From the IMG/VR virus record IMGVR_UViG_3300018421_000015, positions 1 through 64,000 of that record: 64,000 bases of DNA; one strand, written 5' to 3'. The position numbers and the translations under genes were made by a program. This DNA is from a virus. Of the stretch, positions 39,000 to 49,766 are shown one piece after another (within the stretch, counting starts at the first letter, position 1; each line of letters begins with the position of its first letter). Below the pieces are notes generated by a model. It did no database searches and was not told where the DNA came from. It worked only from the letters and a program-made list of their open reading frames with translations.

Positions 39000-39562
39000 A
39001 TTCGATAAAACACCTACTAGAGCAGAAGAATATTTTGAACTTAAGGACTGGCTCCAATCTTCTGCTGAGCATGCGCGCTCTGTTCTTCGTGGAGATGAAC
39101 CTCTTGACAAAGAGGCTTATGAGAATCTATACTATGCTTTAATGGATTTAGCAGACTGGTACAGGATAGATCTCATATATGATACGTAAAAACTACGGAG
39201 AACTTACTCCACATCAAGTAGACAAAGCTCGTGATGCGTGGCTTGATCCTGGTAATCTTTTTGATGAACAAGAACATCATGAAGACTGCGAAGATGAAGA
39301 CTGCGAAGGCGATTGTGTTGAAATTGGCGAACCAGACTGGGGCCAGATAATACAAGATCGAGAAGATTACGAGGCAGATAGGTGGCTAGATAATAATGGA
39401 TACTGAAGTTAATGATGAAAACTGGAATCATTTTTTCGTGACAGAAATTGATGACGCATACTGGGAAAGCCTGTTGCATTGGGTTGATCTCAATATAGAT
39501 TCTCTTGAGTACGCACTTTATGATGATTATCAAGAACCATTTAACGATAGACTGGAGGACTC

Positions 39563-40009
39563 ATGAAAGATAGGTTTAAAAAGACAAAACCTGATTCTTA
39601 CTCAGATGTAATTAAAACATCTCCCTACAAAAGCTCTTCTTATGATCCAAGAACTTTTGGTTCCAAAAACTACTCAGATACTTTTTTTAAAATGAAAAAG
39701 ACTCCTTTAGAAGAAGTTATTGAACTTCGTGATATTTTAAGATCTGCCTATGCAAATAGGCCATCTGATGGTCATATAGAAAAAGTTCTTACTCACGCTC
39801 TTGCTGAAATCACTAATCTTGAAAAGAAGATTCAACGTCTTGAAAAAGATTTGGATGAAGCTAATAAAGATTTAATTGAAATACAAGTTGGTGACGAAAC
39901 TGTTGTTATAAATGGCGATCTAGCATCACAGGTTATTTCTTCTGGTGTTAAAAAATATATCACAGAAGCTTTGGAGGCTTATTGTGACTCTCAAACCGTT
40001 CAAGAATAA
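39563..40009 (+). CDS. hypothetical coiled-coil protein
   Basis: SD GGAGG, 148 aa. Confidence 0.6.
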   Translation: MKDRFKKTKPDSYSDVIKTSPYKSSSYDPRTFGSKNYSDTFFKMKKTPLEEVIELRDILRSAYANRPSDGHIEKVLTHALAEITNLEKKIQRLEKDLDEANKDLIEIQVGDETVVINGDLASQVISSGVKKYITEALEAYCDSQTVQE

Positions 40010-40208
40010 CATTGGTCCTTCTGGCGAAAAACCAGGTGACAGAATACAGCTAAGATTTACAAATGATCAGTACACCACCTTAAAACCTGGTGACAAAGGT
40101 ACCGTAAACTTTGTAGATGATTACGGCACTGTACATATAAACTGGGATGAAGGATCTACATTAGGTCTTGTTCCTGATCACGATAAATGGATGGTTATAT
40201 CAAAATGA
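39945..40208 (+). CDS. DUF4314-like protein
   Basis: G.RI.L....D....L.PG.KGTV..VDD.GT.H..WD.GS.LGLV...D. Confidence 0.75.
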   Translation: MLKNISQKLWRLIVTLKPFKNNIGPSGEKPGDRIQLRFTNDQYTTLKPGDKGTVNFVDDYGTVHINWDEGSTLGLVPDHDKWMVISK

Positions 40209-40402
40209 TAGAGAACCTTATTTGCCCAAGGTGTGAGGGCCTAGTACCTAATAACGGCTCTCCTGGAGCATATCCGGGGGCTCTCAGCAGGACTGACAAC
40301 AATACAGAGATATGCTCTAGGTGTGGTGAAATGGAAGCCCTAGAAGAAATGATGTGGGGATCTCCCCTTCCTCAAACAGATTGGATTATTAACAATATAT
40401 GA
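40205..40402 (+). CDS. small Zn-ribbon protein
   Basis: CPRC...ALSR.DN.T.ICSRCG..EA. Confidence 0.6.
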   Translation: MIENLICPRCEGLVPNNGSPGAYPGALSRTDNNTEICSRCGEMEALEEMMWGSPLPQTDWIINNI

Positions 40403-40801
40403 TTACCATTCTGTACATCATGGCATTTATAACATTGTTATCTGTAATTGGTTTTCTCTCAGTTACAATAACACTTATATTACATGAAGCTTACCAGCAT
40501 ACTATTTCTTTCTTTAGGCGTTATCGCTATAGGAAAACAAAATGAGGTTAAATAAAGGTCAACCTTTGTGGTTGCCAGAAATGATATGCCCGAAATGCCA
40601 GGTTGCTTGGTCTCCAACTTTAACGTTACTATGTTGGATATGCAATGAACAAGGAGTCCCTAAATGAAAATAATAGGATATACAGTATTGGTTTTTGCTT
40701 TCATATTGAGCATACCAGTCCTACTGTGGGCTGGCGCCTGATTTTTTTGTACATACAAAATATTATTTAATATGGTATTTTTTTTCAAATAGAGCCTTAG
40801 G

Positions 40802-41206
40802 TTACTGCCTATAGAAAATAGAGCCACTAGGTGTACCGGAATCTACTTCTACATAAATTCCATCCGGGCAGTAAATGCCGTTAGGTCCGAACCAGTGACT
40901 GTCGTGGTCACCGTTAGGTGGCACAGCTCCAGCAATCAAGTCACCAGTTGCATCTGCTCCATTATAAATATGGATATGAACGTTACCTGAATCATCGTCA
41001 TTAACATCAAGTCCCATAAAGATCGCTGCACTAGAAACTACCTGCTCACTAGAACCACTCAAGGTAAATATTCTGCTAGCTTCCGTAAAATGACCTATTG
41101 GTCTTTCATGATCGTAAAGCTTAGGTGTAGTAGTGCTATTTTTTGATGGTGCTGGTTTTTGCGATGCCGGTCTTGCAGTGCTATTTGATGCATTTACTAA
41201 TGCCAT
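40802..41206 (-). CDS. hypothetical beta-rich protein (possible virion protein)
   Basis: SD AAGGAG and TTACTATA motif upstream on the - strand. Confidence 0.6.
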   Translation of the reverse strand: MALVNASNSTARPASQKPAPSKNSTTTPKLYDHERPIGHFTEASRIFTLSGSSEQVVSSAAIFMGLDVNDDDSGNVHIHIYNGADATGDLIAGAVPPNGDHDSHWFGPNGIYCPDGIYVEVDSGTPSGSIFYRQ

Positions 41207-41300
41207 ATTAATCTCCTTGAGTTTTAGGTGATATAATATATAGTAACATCCATATTTCGGGTACTATAAATTCTGATAGTGAATAAAGTTTGGAGATTAA

Positions 41301-41657
41301 ATGGGAATGTTTGACTACGTCCGCACTAATTATAGATTGCCAAATATTGAAGTTAACGAAGATCTAACCCTAATATTTAATGCAGGTAATACCAGGCATT
41401 TTGGATATGAAACAGAATTTCAAACAAAAGATTTTGAGCAGCAGTTTGATCAATATCTAATAACCTCCCATGGGATACTTTTTGTTAGGGAGGGAGTCAG
41501 TAACGTTGAAACCGATTACACTGGCAGCCTCAGCTTCGCTACAATCGTTCCACATCCTACTGGTGGAGGATATTACGTAGAATATCATTCAAGCTGGTTA
41601 GACGGCAAAATAGCTAGCATTGGCGGGGAATGCATTAGGGCCACAGGTGGGGCATGA
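41301..41657 (+). CDS. conserved phage hypothetical protein
   Basis: MGMFD...FQTKD pattern; SD GGAG. Confidence 0.6.
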   Translation: MGMFDYVRTNYRLPNIEVNEDLTLIFNAGNTRHFGYETEFQTKDFEQQFDQYLITSHGILFVREGVSNVETDYTGSLSFATIVPHPTGGGYYVEYHSSWLDGKIASIGGECIRATGGA

Positions 41658-41974
41658 TAGAAGAAGAGTTTGATATTAGGTTAGTAGATTTTAGTGAATT
41701 ATCAAACGAAGATGCTTTAGAACTATTAGAAGCCTCTAAAATAATAGCTCTTAAAGATTTATACTCGGGCCTTTTACTGTGGGGCATAATTGAGGTACAT
41801 AAGATTGAGAATCTAGATGAGTTGCATCATTTTCTCTTTGACCCCGAAAGCTTAGCTGCCGTTGAATATTATAATTCCTTTAAAGAATTAGGATACGATA
41901 AAGCCTACTACAATATGAGGGATAGTTACGATAAGCTTACCTTTATTGAATCAGTAGTTAAAGAATTATCTTGA
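41654..41974 (+). CDS. hypothetical protein
   Basis: ATGA overlap. Confidence 0.55.
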   Translation: MIEEEFDIRLVDFSELSNEDALELLEASKIIALKDLYSGLLLWGIIEVHKIENLDELHHFLFDPESLAAVEYYNSFKELGYDKAYYNMRDSYDKLTFIESVVKELS

Positions 41975-42799
41975 CCACCTATTTGCTATCCATTCCAACA
42001 TTCTAGAGAGCCAATTTCCTTTTCCATCTTTTTTTTCAAGAAGTTCATCTTTATCTCGCTGCTCTTTTTTGTATCTAGATTTTTGATTAATTGGAATAAA
42101 CGTAGATTTAAAACCACGCTGAGAAAGAAGATCGTATATACTACCGTCACCCCAAATGTAATTAATCCCTTTTTGCCTAGGAATAGGTACCACATGCTGC
42201 ATAATTTCACCTATTTCTATAGTAAATTCTTTATCAGTCAATATGTTCAAAACTATATTTGCATGATGGTAATAATCGGTATTTACTAATGCTGGCAAAA
42301 GTGTATAGTTTGGATTAGGTTCCCAAAGTGGAGGAAGGAAAATGGAAGACCACCCTGGTGCCGTTTTAAATAGCCAGGGATTTATTATTTTAATATAATT
42401 TGCTCTCTCAAGTTTTCTTACCCTAGTCACTGGGCATTCTCCACTTTGATGAAAACCAAAACCTTCAACATGAAATTCGTGATTACCAGCAATGTCAAAT
42501 CTACTTTCCCAAAATGAACCATCTGGAGATGGTCTGAAATGCAGTCTTGCCCACATCGGTATATTGAAACCAAGAGATATATAATCAGCTGTCCCAGAAC
42601 ATCTTCTCAATGCACCATCTCCAGAATCTAAATCTTTCCACCAATCTGGCCAATTTCTCCAGTTATCAATTGGCATTACTTCAGGGTCATAGAGCATTTG
42701 TGTATTCGGAGTAATTAAAACCTCACCTGGTTTTACTTTTGGTATATTATAAAAAGAATTAGCTGTCTCTATTTTTAGTTCTCTCAATGGCTTCTCCAT
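41966..42799 (-). CDS. DUF6065/dUTPase-fold-like protein
   Basis: C.G..DY...GF.IP, NPW...TAPGWS.F, VNTD.Y. Confidence 0.55.
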   Translation of the reverse strand: MEKPLRELKIETANSFYNIPKVKPGEVLITPNTQMLYDPEVMPIDNWRNWPDWWKDLDSGDGALRRCSGTADYISLGFNIPMWARLHFRPSPDGSFWESRFDIAGNHEFHVEGFGFHQSGECPVTRVRKLERANYIKIINPWLFKTAPGWSSIFLPPLWEPNPNYTLLPALVNTDYYHHANIVLNILTDKEFTIEIGEIMQHVVPIPRQKGINYIWGDGSIYDLLSQRGFKSTFIPINQKSRYKKEQRDKDELLEKKDGKGNWLSRMLEWIANRWSR

Positions 42800-44267
42800 G
42801 ATCTATCATCTTTAAATTAATTAGATTAGAATTTGTCTCGCTTAGATGTTGAGTTGCTATTCTTCTGGATAGGTGTGCATTCAGCGAAACCGTTGCGGAT
42901 TCACTATTTAGAACTCCTTGACCCTGGGCAACGTGCCAGAAATGAGGTATAAAGAAGAGCTCAAATCCATTAGCAGTTATATCATGATCTTCGGGAGGTC
43001 GTTCTGACCATATTTCCAAAAGCTTCTGTAGCATTAGAGGCTTAGGTCTATTTTGTTGATCTAACCACATCTTAGTGTCATTTCTGTCAGAAATATAATG
43101 TAAACAAATCATACTCAAAGCATTTTCCATAACTTCATTCATTATCTTATTATATTCTCTTATGGAGAATTCTGTCTTTTCGTTAAAGTTTGCTATATAT
43201 GAGCATAGTAATCTGGCCTGCTGTATCCCTATTGATATGGTTGTAGCCTCTAAAGGTTCGATGAAGCTATACGATAGGCCTATTGATACACAGTTTTTTT
43301 GCCAAGGTTCGCTATAATAGCCGGGTCTGAACTTAATGAATCTAGGATTTTCTATTTCAATACCATGAAACTCTTCAGCCTCAATAATCGCCTCCTCTTC
43401 AGTTATATAAGAGGAAGAGAAAACATATCCATTACCTTTTCTTTCTTGAGTTGGTATTTCCCACATCCACCCAGCATTCATGCTGATAGCTCTTGTGTAT
43501 GGGTGAATCTTTCCAAATATGTCTTTATCAGTTTGAAAAACTAGAGCTGTATCACAAGGTAAGTATTCGCTAAATGAATTAAACTCCACATTCTGCATTT
43601 TACTGGACAGCACTCTTGCAAATCCTGTTGCATCTATAAAAAAATCTCCAGATATTTTACTATCGAAACCATTAACTTTTATATATTTTATATGACCATT
43701 TGAACCCTTATTTACAGATTCAATTTCACCTTCAACAAATCTTATGCCCATGTTATTGGCAAAGTTCTTAAGATATTTGTTGAGAAGAAATGTATCAAAA
43801 TGATATTGATTTGTTCCAAGATGAGTTTTATCTGGCTCTGTATCATCTTCACTAATCCCATCTATAACCTGATCCTCAATCATGCCTTTCCAGGAAAGTG
43901 AATTTGTTAAAAGGATTTCATTTTCTAGCAAAAAGCTATAGGTTGCATAGAAGGAGTTTCGTTTAATTCCTGTACCAGAAACAGAATGGATATACTTTGG
44001 CGTATGATTATTCCATCCCTCAAACATGATTCCATATTTGTGGGTGACGCCTGCAAATTTAATCATATCATCTACATTTATTCCAACAAAATCCTGAAAC
44101 CATCTCCAATGTTCCGTAGACCCCTCTCCTACGCCTATAATAGGGCTTTTTTCGGAAAAGCATACGGTTATGTCATATAAGGGGAATGTTTTTTTTAGAA
44201 TTATTGCAGTTGTCAATCCCGATGTACCAGCTCCGGCGATGACGATATGTTTTTGATCTATCTTCAT
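42759..44267 (-). CDS. flavin-dependent tryptophan halogenase family protein
   Basis: GAGTSG, IGVGEGS, FIDATGF, GWMWEIP, FIEPLEAT. Confidence 0.9.
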   Translation of the reverse strand: MKIDQKHIVIAGAGTSGLTTAIILKKTFPLYDITVCFSEKSPIIGVGEGSTEHWRWFQDFVGINVDDMIKFAGVTHKYGIMFEGWNNHTPKYIHSVSGTGIKRNSFYATYSFLLENEILLTNSLSWKGMIEDQVIDGISEDDTEPDKTHLGTNQYHFDTFLLNKYLKNFANNMGIRFVEGEIESVNKGSNGHIKYIKVNGFDSKISGDFFIDATGFARVLSSKMQNVEFNSFSEYLPCDTALVFQTDKDIFGKIHPYTRAISMNAGWMWEIPTQERKGNGYVFSSSYITEEEAIIEAEEFHGIEIENPRFIKFRPGYYSEPWQKNCVSIGLSYSFIEPLEATTISIGIQQARLLCSYIANFNEKTEFSIREYNKIMNEVMENALSMICLHYISDRNDTKMWLDQQNRPKPLMLQKLLEIWSERPPEDHDITANGFELFFIPHFWHVAQGQGVLNSESATVSLNAHLSRRIATQHLSETNSNLINLKMIDHGEAIERTKNRDS

Positions 44268-44268
44268 A

Positions 44269-44862
44269 TCATTTAAACCAGGTAACTAAAGAGTACTTCA
44301 CCGTTTCATCATCTGCACCAGCTGGTTTGGCTATATGCAAATACGGGAAATTGGATGGGAATAAGACACAGGATCCAGCTTGCGGCTTTATCTCAACATC
44401 GAAATGAGGAAATACTAATTCGCCACCAGAGAAATCATCATTAAGAAAACAAACTAAGCTTAAAACTCTTTCATTATTTGGACCATGATCTTGATGAGCC
44501 CTATACTCTGCCCCTTTTCCATATCTTAATACTCTATAATTTTCGTCACCACTTAACTCCAATTCAAAGTCATCCCTATAGTCCCAGACGGTTTTATCTA
44601 TAGATTGGAAAATATCTATCCAAGTTGAATGCAATTCACTAATCCTCGAAGAGTGACCATCATAATTTGATAAAGGGGACAATTCACACGACATAGATGT
44701 TCGAACATCTGATATGTATCCATCACCCACTTGAGCTCTAACCCAATTAAGAAAAGACCACTCCTGAGAACACTCGCTTTCTAGTAGGTCTATAAATTTT
44801 TTACCAGAATCAAAAACATTAGTATATAACCTAATGCAAGTTCCTAAATCTTCTTTTTTCAT
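44269..44862 (-). CDS. 2OG-Fe(II) oxygenase (prolyl-4-hydroxylase-like)
   Basis: HQD...LNDDFSGGEL.F...FPS...H...KY. Confidence 0.9.
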   Translation of the reverse strand: MKKEDLGTCIRLYTNVFDSGKKFIDLLESECSQEWSFLNWVRAQVGDGYISDVRTSMSCELSPLSNYDGHSSRISELHSTWIDIFQSIDKTVWDYRDDFELELSGDENYRVLRYGKGAEYRAHQDHGPNNERVLSLVCFLNDDFSGGELVFPHFDVEIKPQAGSCVLFPSNFPYLHIAKPAGADDETVKYSLVTWFK

Positions 44863-44863
44863 A

Positions 44864-45487
44864 TTAATACAAGCTTTCTCTATATTCTTGTTCTTTCTTC
44901 CTTATCACGGAGTGATGTGCCTGGCCTATCGTTTTACTCCAATGGTTACCGGGTACAAAGTGATAAAATATAACACTAACTTCATTAGTCTTGGGATTTG
45001 GAAAATCTGGTCTCCAATGATATTGATCTTCACCATAGTATATTATAGCATCATTAGGGTCAACCGTAAACTCCTTACCTTCAACAAAAAGGGGCCAGGC
45101 ATCCTTGTGGTCGATAGAAACATCTATCGTATACGTACATGCGTTGTCATCTACATGCTCGAACAGTCTAGCCTTATAACCTCTGTAGGTAGAAAATATA
45201 GCATAGGACGCCTCAATGGTATCGTCCAAAAAAAGTTCTTTAGCCAAAGGAACTAATTTTTCAAGCGACTCTCTGAGCATGCAATCAGGGCCGCTATTCT
45301 GGGTATGATAGGTTAGTCTACCGAAACCTTCGTCATAAATAAATAGGGGTCTATTATTATTCCTTAAGTTAAGTAAATAATCCTTTAGAGAATTAAAATA
45401 TGATACATCAAATACCCCCTCATAGACGAAAGCATCAGGTCTTAGTGTTAGGTTTCTGCCTGTTCTTTTATCAAAATAAGTTTCCAA
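44864..45487 (-). CDS. 2OG-Fe(II) oxygenase
   Basis: HVD..AC...HWR; likely alternative start codon. Confidence 0.75.
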   Translation of the reverse strand: METYFDKRTGRNLTLRPDAFVYEGVFDVSYFNSLKDYLLNLRNNNRPLFIYDEGFGRLTYHTQNSGPDCMLRESLEKLVPLAKELFLDDTIEASYAIFSTYRGYKARLFEHVDDNACTYTIDVSIDHKDAWPLFVEGKEFTVDPNDAIIYYGEDQYHWRPDFPNPKTNEVSVIFYHFVPGNHWSKTIGQAHHSVIRKKEQEYRESLY

Positions 45488-45493
45488 AATATA

Positions 45494-46198
45494 TCACTTA
45501 GACTCCTTCTTAGCCTTTTCTTCTGGTGCATCATCTTTAACCTCTGGATCTTCTTGAATTGAACACAGGTAAAATGTGCTAATCATCCATTTATCACCGG
45601 ATATTGGAGGATTTCCCTGGTGTGGATGTGTCCAATGCGCAGGAAAAATAGCTATGCTACCAGCTCGTGGCTTTACGCTTTGTTCGTATATTGGAAAATA
45701 TGTCTCGCCCCCAACCTCTACATCGTTAAGGTATACTATTCCAGCTAAAACTCTTTTGCCTACAGAACCGGACAGAGGGTTAGGCGATGACCACGGAGTG
45801 CCATCAACATGCTGTCGATAATGCCCCCAATTAGTTCCATAATGTTGAAGCCTAAAACCAGTATCAGTAATTCCTGGCCAATGCCACAATTCATTATATG
45901 TTTTTTGATAATAAGCGATACAGCCAAAAAGGGCTTGATTTATTGTCGACTCGGCGTTAGCAAAGATCATGGAATTTATCCCGAGTTCCTGAAGTGCATA
46001 TGAACTAAAATTAAAATCCATACTAGATTTAACGAATGGATTAATCCCACCAATTGTCGGTCCAGGAGAAAACAAATCCTTGTAATACTTATTGCATTCC
46101 CCAATAAGCTCTGAACATAAATCTGGATCTATTGCGTTTTTTGCCTCTAGAATATAACTTTGCTTTCCACCAAGAAAGTTTAACTCTACATTTTTCAT
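45494..46198 (-). CDS. 2OG-Fe(II) oxygenase (P4H-like)
   Basis: HVD...YLNDVEVGGET.F...FP..WTHPH.G....G.K. Confidence 0.9.
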   Translation of the reverse strand: MKNVELNFLGGKQSYILEAKNAIDPDLCSELIGECNKYYKDLFSPGPTIGGINPFVKSSMDFNFSSYALQELGINSMIFANAESTINQALFGCIAYYQKTYNELWHWPGITDTGFRLQHYGTNWGHYRQHVDGTPWSSPNPLSGSVGKRVLAGIVYLNDVEVGGETYFPIYEQSVKPRAGSIAIFPAHWTHPHQGNPPISGDKWMISTFYLCSIQEDPEVKDDAPEEKAKKESK

Positions 46199-46238
46199 TA
46201 ATATCTCCTAAAGTAATCAGGAGATATTATATCACAAA

Positions 46239-46499
46239 CTACGAAGGCGTCGCTGCATTGAGTGAGTTTTCAGCTAAGAGCAGTGTTTCATATAACGAAA
46301 TTTGAATCATGAGCATCTCTTGGTTACTATTCTTATTCGAATCTTCATAATCAACTTCAACGTATTCTGAAGGAACAAAAGATTCAGGATTTATACCTAT
46401 TCTAAGGCAGCAGGTATACATCTGTTCTAGTACAAAAGTTTTCTGAGAGTCAACCAAATTCTGTCTAACTTCTAATGAAAGATCTGAAAATATGGACAT
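46239..46499 (-). CDS. small acidic protein (possible fibre chaperone)
   Basis: SD AAGGAG; directly downstream of the large His-rich gene. Confidence 0.55.
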   Translation of the reverse strand: MSIFSDLSLEVRQNLVDSQKTFVLEQMYTCCLRIGINPESFVPSEYVEVDYEDSNKNSNQEMLMIQISLYETLLLAENSLNAATPS

Positions 46500-46540
46500 T
46501 ATTTCTCCTTAATAAGATATTTATATAGTAAAGCAAAAAG

Positions 46541-49500
46541 TTAAGCGTCTAATATTTTAGAGAAATTAGAATGCCCTATCTGATTCTGAACATTTCCGGA
46601 ATCTCTAGAAACTATTAAAACACCACCCTGGTATCCTGGATCATACGTTGAAGGATCTGCGGTACCTCCAGCTCCTCCAGCTCCTCCAGCTCCACCAGTT
46701 CCGCCTAAGTATTCAAGGTTATCATAGGATTCATTATGGCCAGCATTATAGGGGTTTCCATGGTGAGGACCAGACGGAAGTGCCCCACCAGTAGCATGAT
46801 GTACATTATAGGATGGATGGTGATGGTATCCAGCTGTAAAAGTGGTTGGATTCTGAGATCCACCTGTTGACTGAACAAACCTCCTACCTATAAGCGGAAC
46901 ACCAGGTACTAAAGCATGTGCCGCGAAGTTTACTCCATCATTCGTACCGACAAAGTGATAAATACCAGCTGCACCTACATGTGAACCCGGAGTATGACCT
47001 CTTAAATGCCTCGTCCCAGTATGGTTCTCGTCATTAAAGTCAGTAGTGTAAAGATACCTAACTGTTGGAGTTGTCGGATCATTTAATGGCGATATAGGTC
47101 CCGCAGTATGATCATGATTCCCTTCAGGCCAACTGCCAGAATGGTAATCGCCAGTGTGCCCATTGGCAGTTCCAGTATGAGTAACGGGAGTGTGGCCAGC
47201 AATATTTGCTGCCGTAGGAGCACCATGAATATTTAGCCCATTTATATCTCCATGAGGGTAATACCCTGCGTTGTGTAGATATTCCTTGTTTCCACTATGT
47301 CCAGAATAGTTAGTAGGAAGATTAGAATTTTGCCCATGATTCACATCGGGATTATGCCCTGGTGTATGGTGTACCCACTCTCCAGAATTCCACCCTTCAT
47401 TATAATGTGCGCTATGATTGTGGGTAGACCTCGGATAAAATGGTGCACTAGAGGGATGGCCATTGTAATTATTGTGATTATGATTATAGTCATGGTTACC
47501 TGCGTTATGGCTATAGGTATTAGTGTGTTGATGAGGATTATTTGCCGGTAAGTTTGGTGAATTATAGTGACCAGAAGTATGGGGGTGAGTATGATTAGGA
47601 TTGTGTCCTGGATTATGATTTATGTGATCACCAGCATTAAATGATAAAAAGGTATAAGCATTACCATTGTACACCTGATTAGCTGGAACACCAAGCGCCG
47701 GATTAGCATGGGGAGCAGAGTTATGGTTGCTGTTACCCGAAACAGCAGGGCCATTTCCCGACCCAGGGTTTACTCTATGCCAGTAAGTCTGAATGCCAGT
47801 TAGTGGTCCAGTATAATGATTTTGATGGCTTCCACTATGGTTATGATTATTTGTGGGCCATATCGGAGAATTGCTAGGAAGGATCTGCAAGTGATGTGGT
47901 TTAGTGGAGTAATAAGTGGTATGGCTTCTGCTGTGTGTATTGTGAGATCCATAATTATGTGAATTATAGCCGGAGCTGTGCCAGGGTGTCACGTTACCTG
48001 TATGACCTACAGGATTATCATTTGTTGAATTATATGTACCATGGCCAAGACTGATAGCAGGTGAGGGTATAGATGGGCCAACGTTTGCATGATTACCTGC
48101 GTTGTGGGGGTGCTCGCTCTTTGTATGAAACTCGGTACCCGCTATATGATAATGGCCTGCAGGATGGGTGGCATTTGATGGATTGCCCGGCAAAGTACCG
48201 GCACTGTGGGGATGATTACCAGGATGATAACCATGCCCGTGCTGATTATGTACGGTAGCAGTGTGGCCATTATGCCCGGTGGGAAGATTAACTGATGGCG
48301 TATGATGCTGGTTTGCAGGAAAAACAGGTGCATGAGCGTCATCGAAAGTGGTATGCGAGGGCCACGATCCATCTCCTGCATGAGGATGTGTAAGCTGCTG
48401 ATGAAAAGGTGTACCTGGGATTGTTCCAGGAGTATGGTGATGATACATGTTTCCCGCATTACTTGGAGCGGCAACAGTTGAGGGAAGATGTATGTTGGCA
48501 TTGGTGCCAGTTGAATTATGCGCGTGAGATATCTCACTACCCAAAAAAGGATATGAAGAATTAACACCAGCCGGATGATCATGATACCCCGGATTATGAC
48601 CCTGTGGGTCATAAATAGCGTTATGGTTTGAAACATTTGGTCTTTGATTTGCTGGTAGTCCACTAAAAGCTGGATAGTTTGTTGGGGCTATACTTACTGC
48701 CGGATGAGGATGTTCACCCTCATTTATTCCCTGGTTAAAAAAAGTTGCATCAGTGGGAAATGGATTAGCGTTCCTTATATCATATAAGTCTGAAATGTCA
48801 TATAAATTACCATGGTTATGAGTAGAGGGATTAAAAGTACCACCAGAAGTAGTAGCGTTATGACTTAACTTGCCCCCTGTTGCTGCAAAAATTGATCCGG
48901 TTCCTGATCCATGAGGGTGATTTCCTGCCGATACATGATGGTAACCCTGATTTACGCCAGAATCGTAAGGGCTACCTAAGTTAGCAAATGAGTCTATGTT
49001 TGGTGCAGGGTTGCCTGGGTTGCCATCTACGCCATCCAATCCCTGGGAAGGGCTACTCTCTGAAGTGGAAGATGTTCCTCTTGATTCAATTATTCCAGAA
49101 CCATCTATAGTTTTAGCTACTATAAGAACAACTCCACCACCAGAACCCCTTTGCCCACCACTACCTCTTGCAGCAGCGTTTCCATCTTGACCTGGGTTGC
49201 CTGGGTTGCCAGGGCCACCAGGAGATCCTGGTGGTAGTGATATAAATGCACCAGGGTTACCCGGCTGTCCAGGTTGACCTTCACCGGGATCTTCTAGGTC
49301 ACCAACTTGTTGATCACCAGGTTGGCCACCAGAAACGGCGTGTATATTTCCATCAGCGGAGACTAGAAAACCATTAACAGCTACATCTAGGTCTTTAACA
49401 ATATTTTCAGATAAAGCTTCATTAGCAGATCCTTCACCCCAAGCATAACTCTTAACTACATCAGATCTCCTAGAAACAGTAGAAGCATTGGCTGTTTCTA

Positions 49501-49765
49501 AGATATTATTAGGCATTCCTATAGTGCCATTATTGGTTAGAGTACCATTAACCAATATTCTAAACCCATTGGTAAATAATGTTGCACCGGATTGAATTGT
49601 TAAATCTTGGTAATACATATCTGATGATAGGTATATTGTTTGACCAGAAGAAATGGTCAAACTCCCATCTGACCCGTCTCCGAACATCTCATCTACACCG
49701 GCAGTCATAGTCTGCTCGGCCTTAGTCAGGCTAAATTTATTGTTTACTCTTCTTACTCTAGCCAT
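46541..49765 (-). CDS. glycine-rich virion/tail-fibre-like protein with collagen-like segments and a long His/Asn/Gly/Pro-rich region
   Basis: FGDGSDG N-domain; GQPGNPG GXY runs; many HxH motifs; GGAGG tail. Confidence 0.7.
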   Translation of the reverse strand: MARVRRVNNKFSLTKAEQTMTAGVDEMFGDGSDGSLTISSGQTIYLSSDMYYQDLTIQSGATLFTNGFRILVNGTLTNNGTIGMPNNILETANASTVSRRSDVVKSYAWGEGSANEALSENIVKDLDVAVNGFLVSADGNIHAVSGGQPGDQQVGDLEDPGEGQPGQPGNPGAFISLPPGSPGGPGNPGNPGQDGNAAARGSGGQRGSGGGVVLIVAKTIDGSGIIESRGTSSTSESSPSQGLDGVDGNPGNPAPNIDSFANLGSPYDSGVNQGYHHVSAGNHPHGSGTGSIFAATGGKLSHNATTSGGTFNPSTHNHGNLYDISDLYDIRNANPFPTDATFFNQGINEGEHPHPAVSIAPTNYPAFSGLPANQRPNVSNHNAIYDPQGHNPGYHDHPAGVNSSYPFLGSEISHAHNSTGTNANIHLPSTVAAPSNAGNMYHHHTPGTIPGTPFHQQLTHPHAGDGSWPSHTTFDDAHAPVFPANQHHTPSVNLPTGHNGHTATVHNQHGHGYHPGNHPHSAGTLPGNPSNATHPAGHYHIAGTEFHTKSEHPHNAGNHANVGPSIPSPAISLGHGTYNSTNDNPVGHTGNVTPWHSSGYNSHNYGSHNTHSRSHTTYYSTKPHHLQILPSNSPIWPTNNHNHSGSHQNHYTGPLTGIQTYWHRVNPGSGNGPAVSGNSNHNSAPHANPALGVPANQVYNGNAYTFLSFNAGDHINHNPGHNPNHTHPHTSGHYNSPNLPANNPHQHTNTYSHNAGNHDYNHNHNNYNGHPSSAPFYPRSTHNHSAHYNEGWNSGEWVHHTPGHNPDVNHGQNSNLPTNYSGHSGNKEYLHNAGYYPHGDINGLNIHGAPTAANIAGHTPVTHTGTANGHTGDYHSGSWPEGNHDHTAGPISPLNDPTTPTVRYLYTTDFNDENHTGTRHLRGHTPGSHVGAAGIYHFVGTNDGVNFAAHALVPGVPLIGRRFVQSTGGSQNPTTFTAGYHHHPSYNVHHATGGALPSGPHHGNPYNAGHNESYDNLEYLGGTGGAGGAGGAGGTADPSTYDPGYQGGVLIVSRDSGNVQNQIGHSNFSKILDA

Positions 49766-49766
49766 A

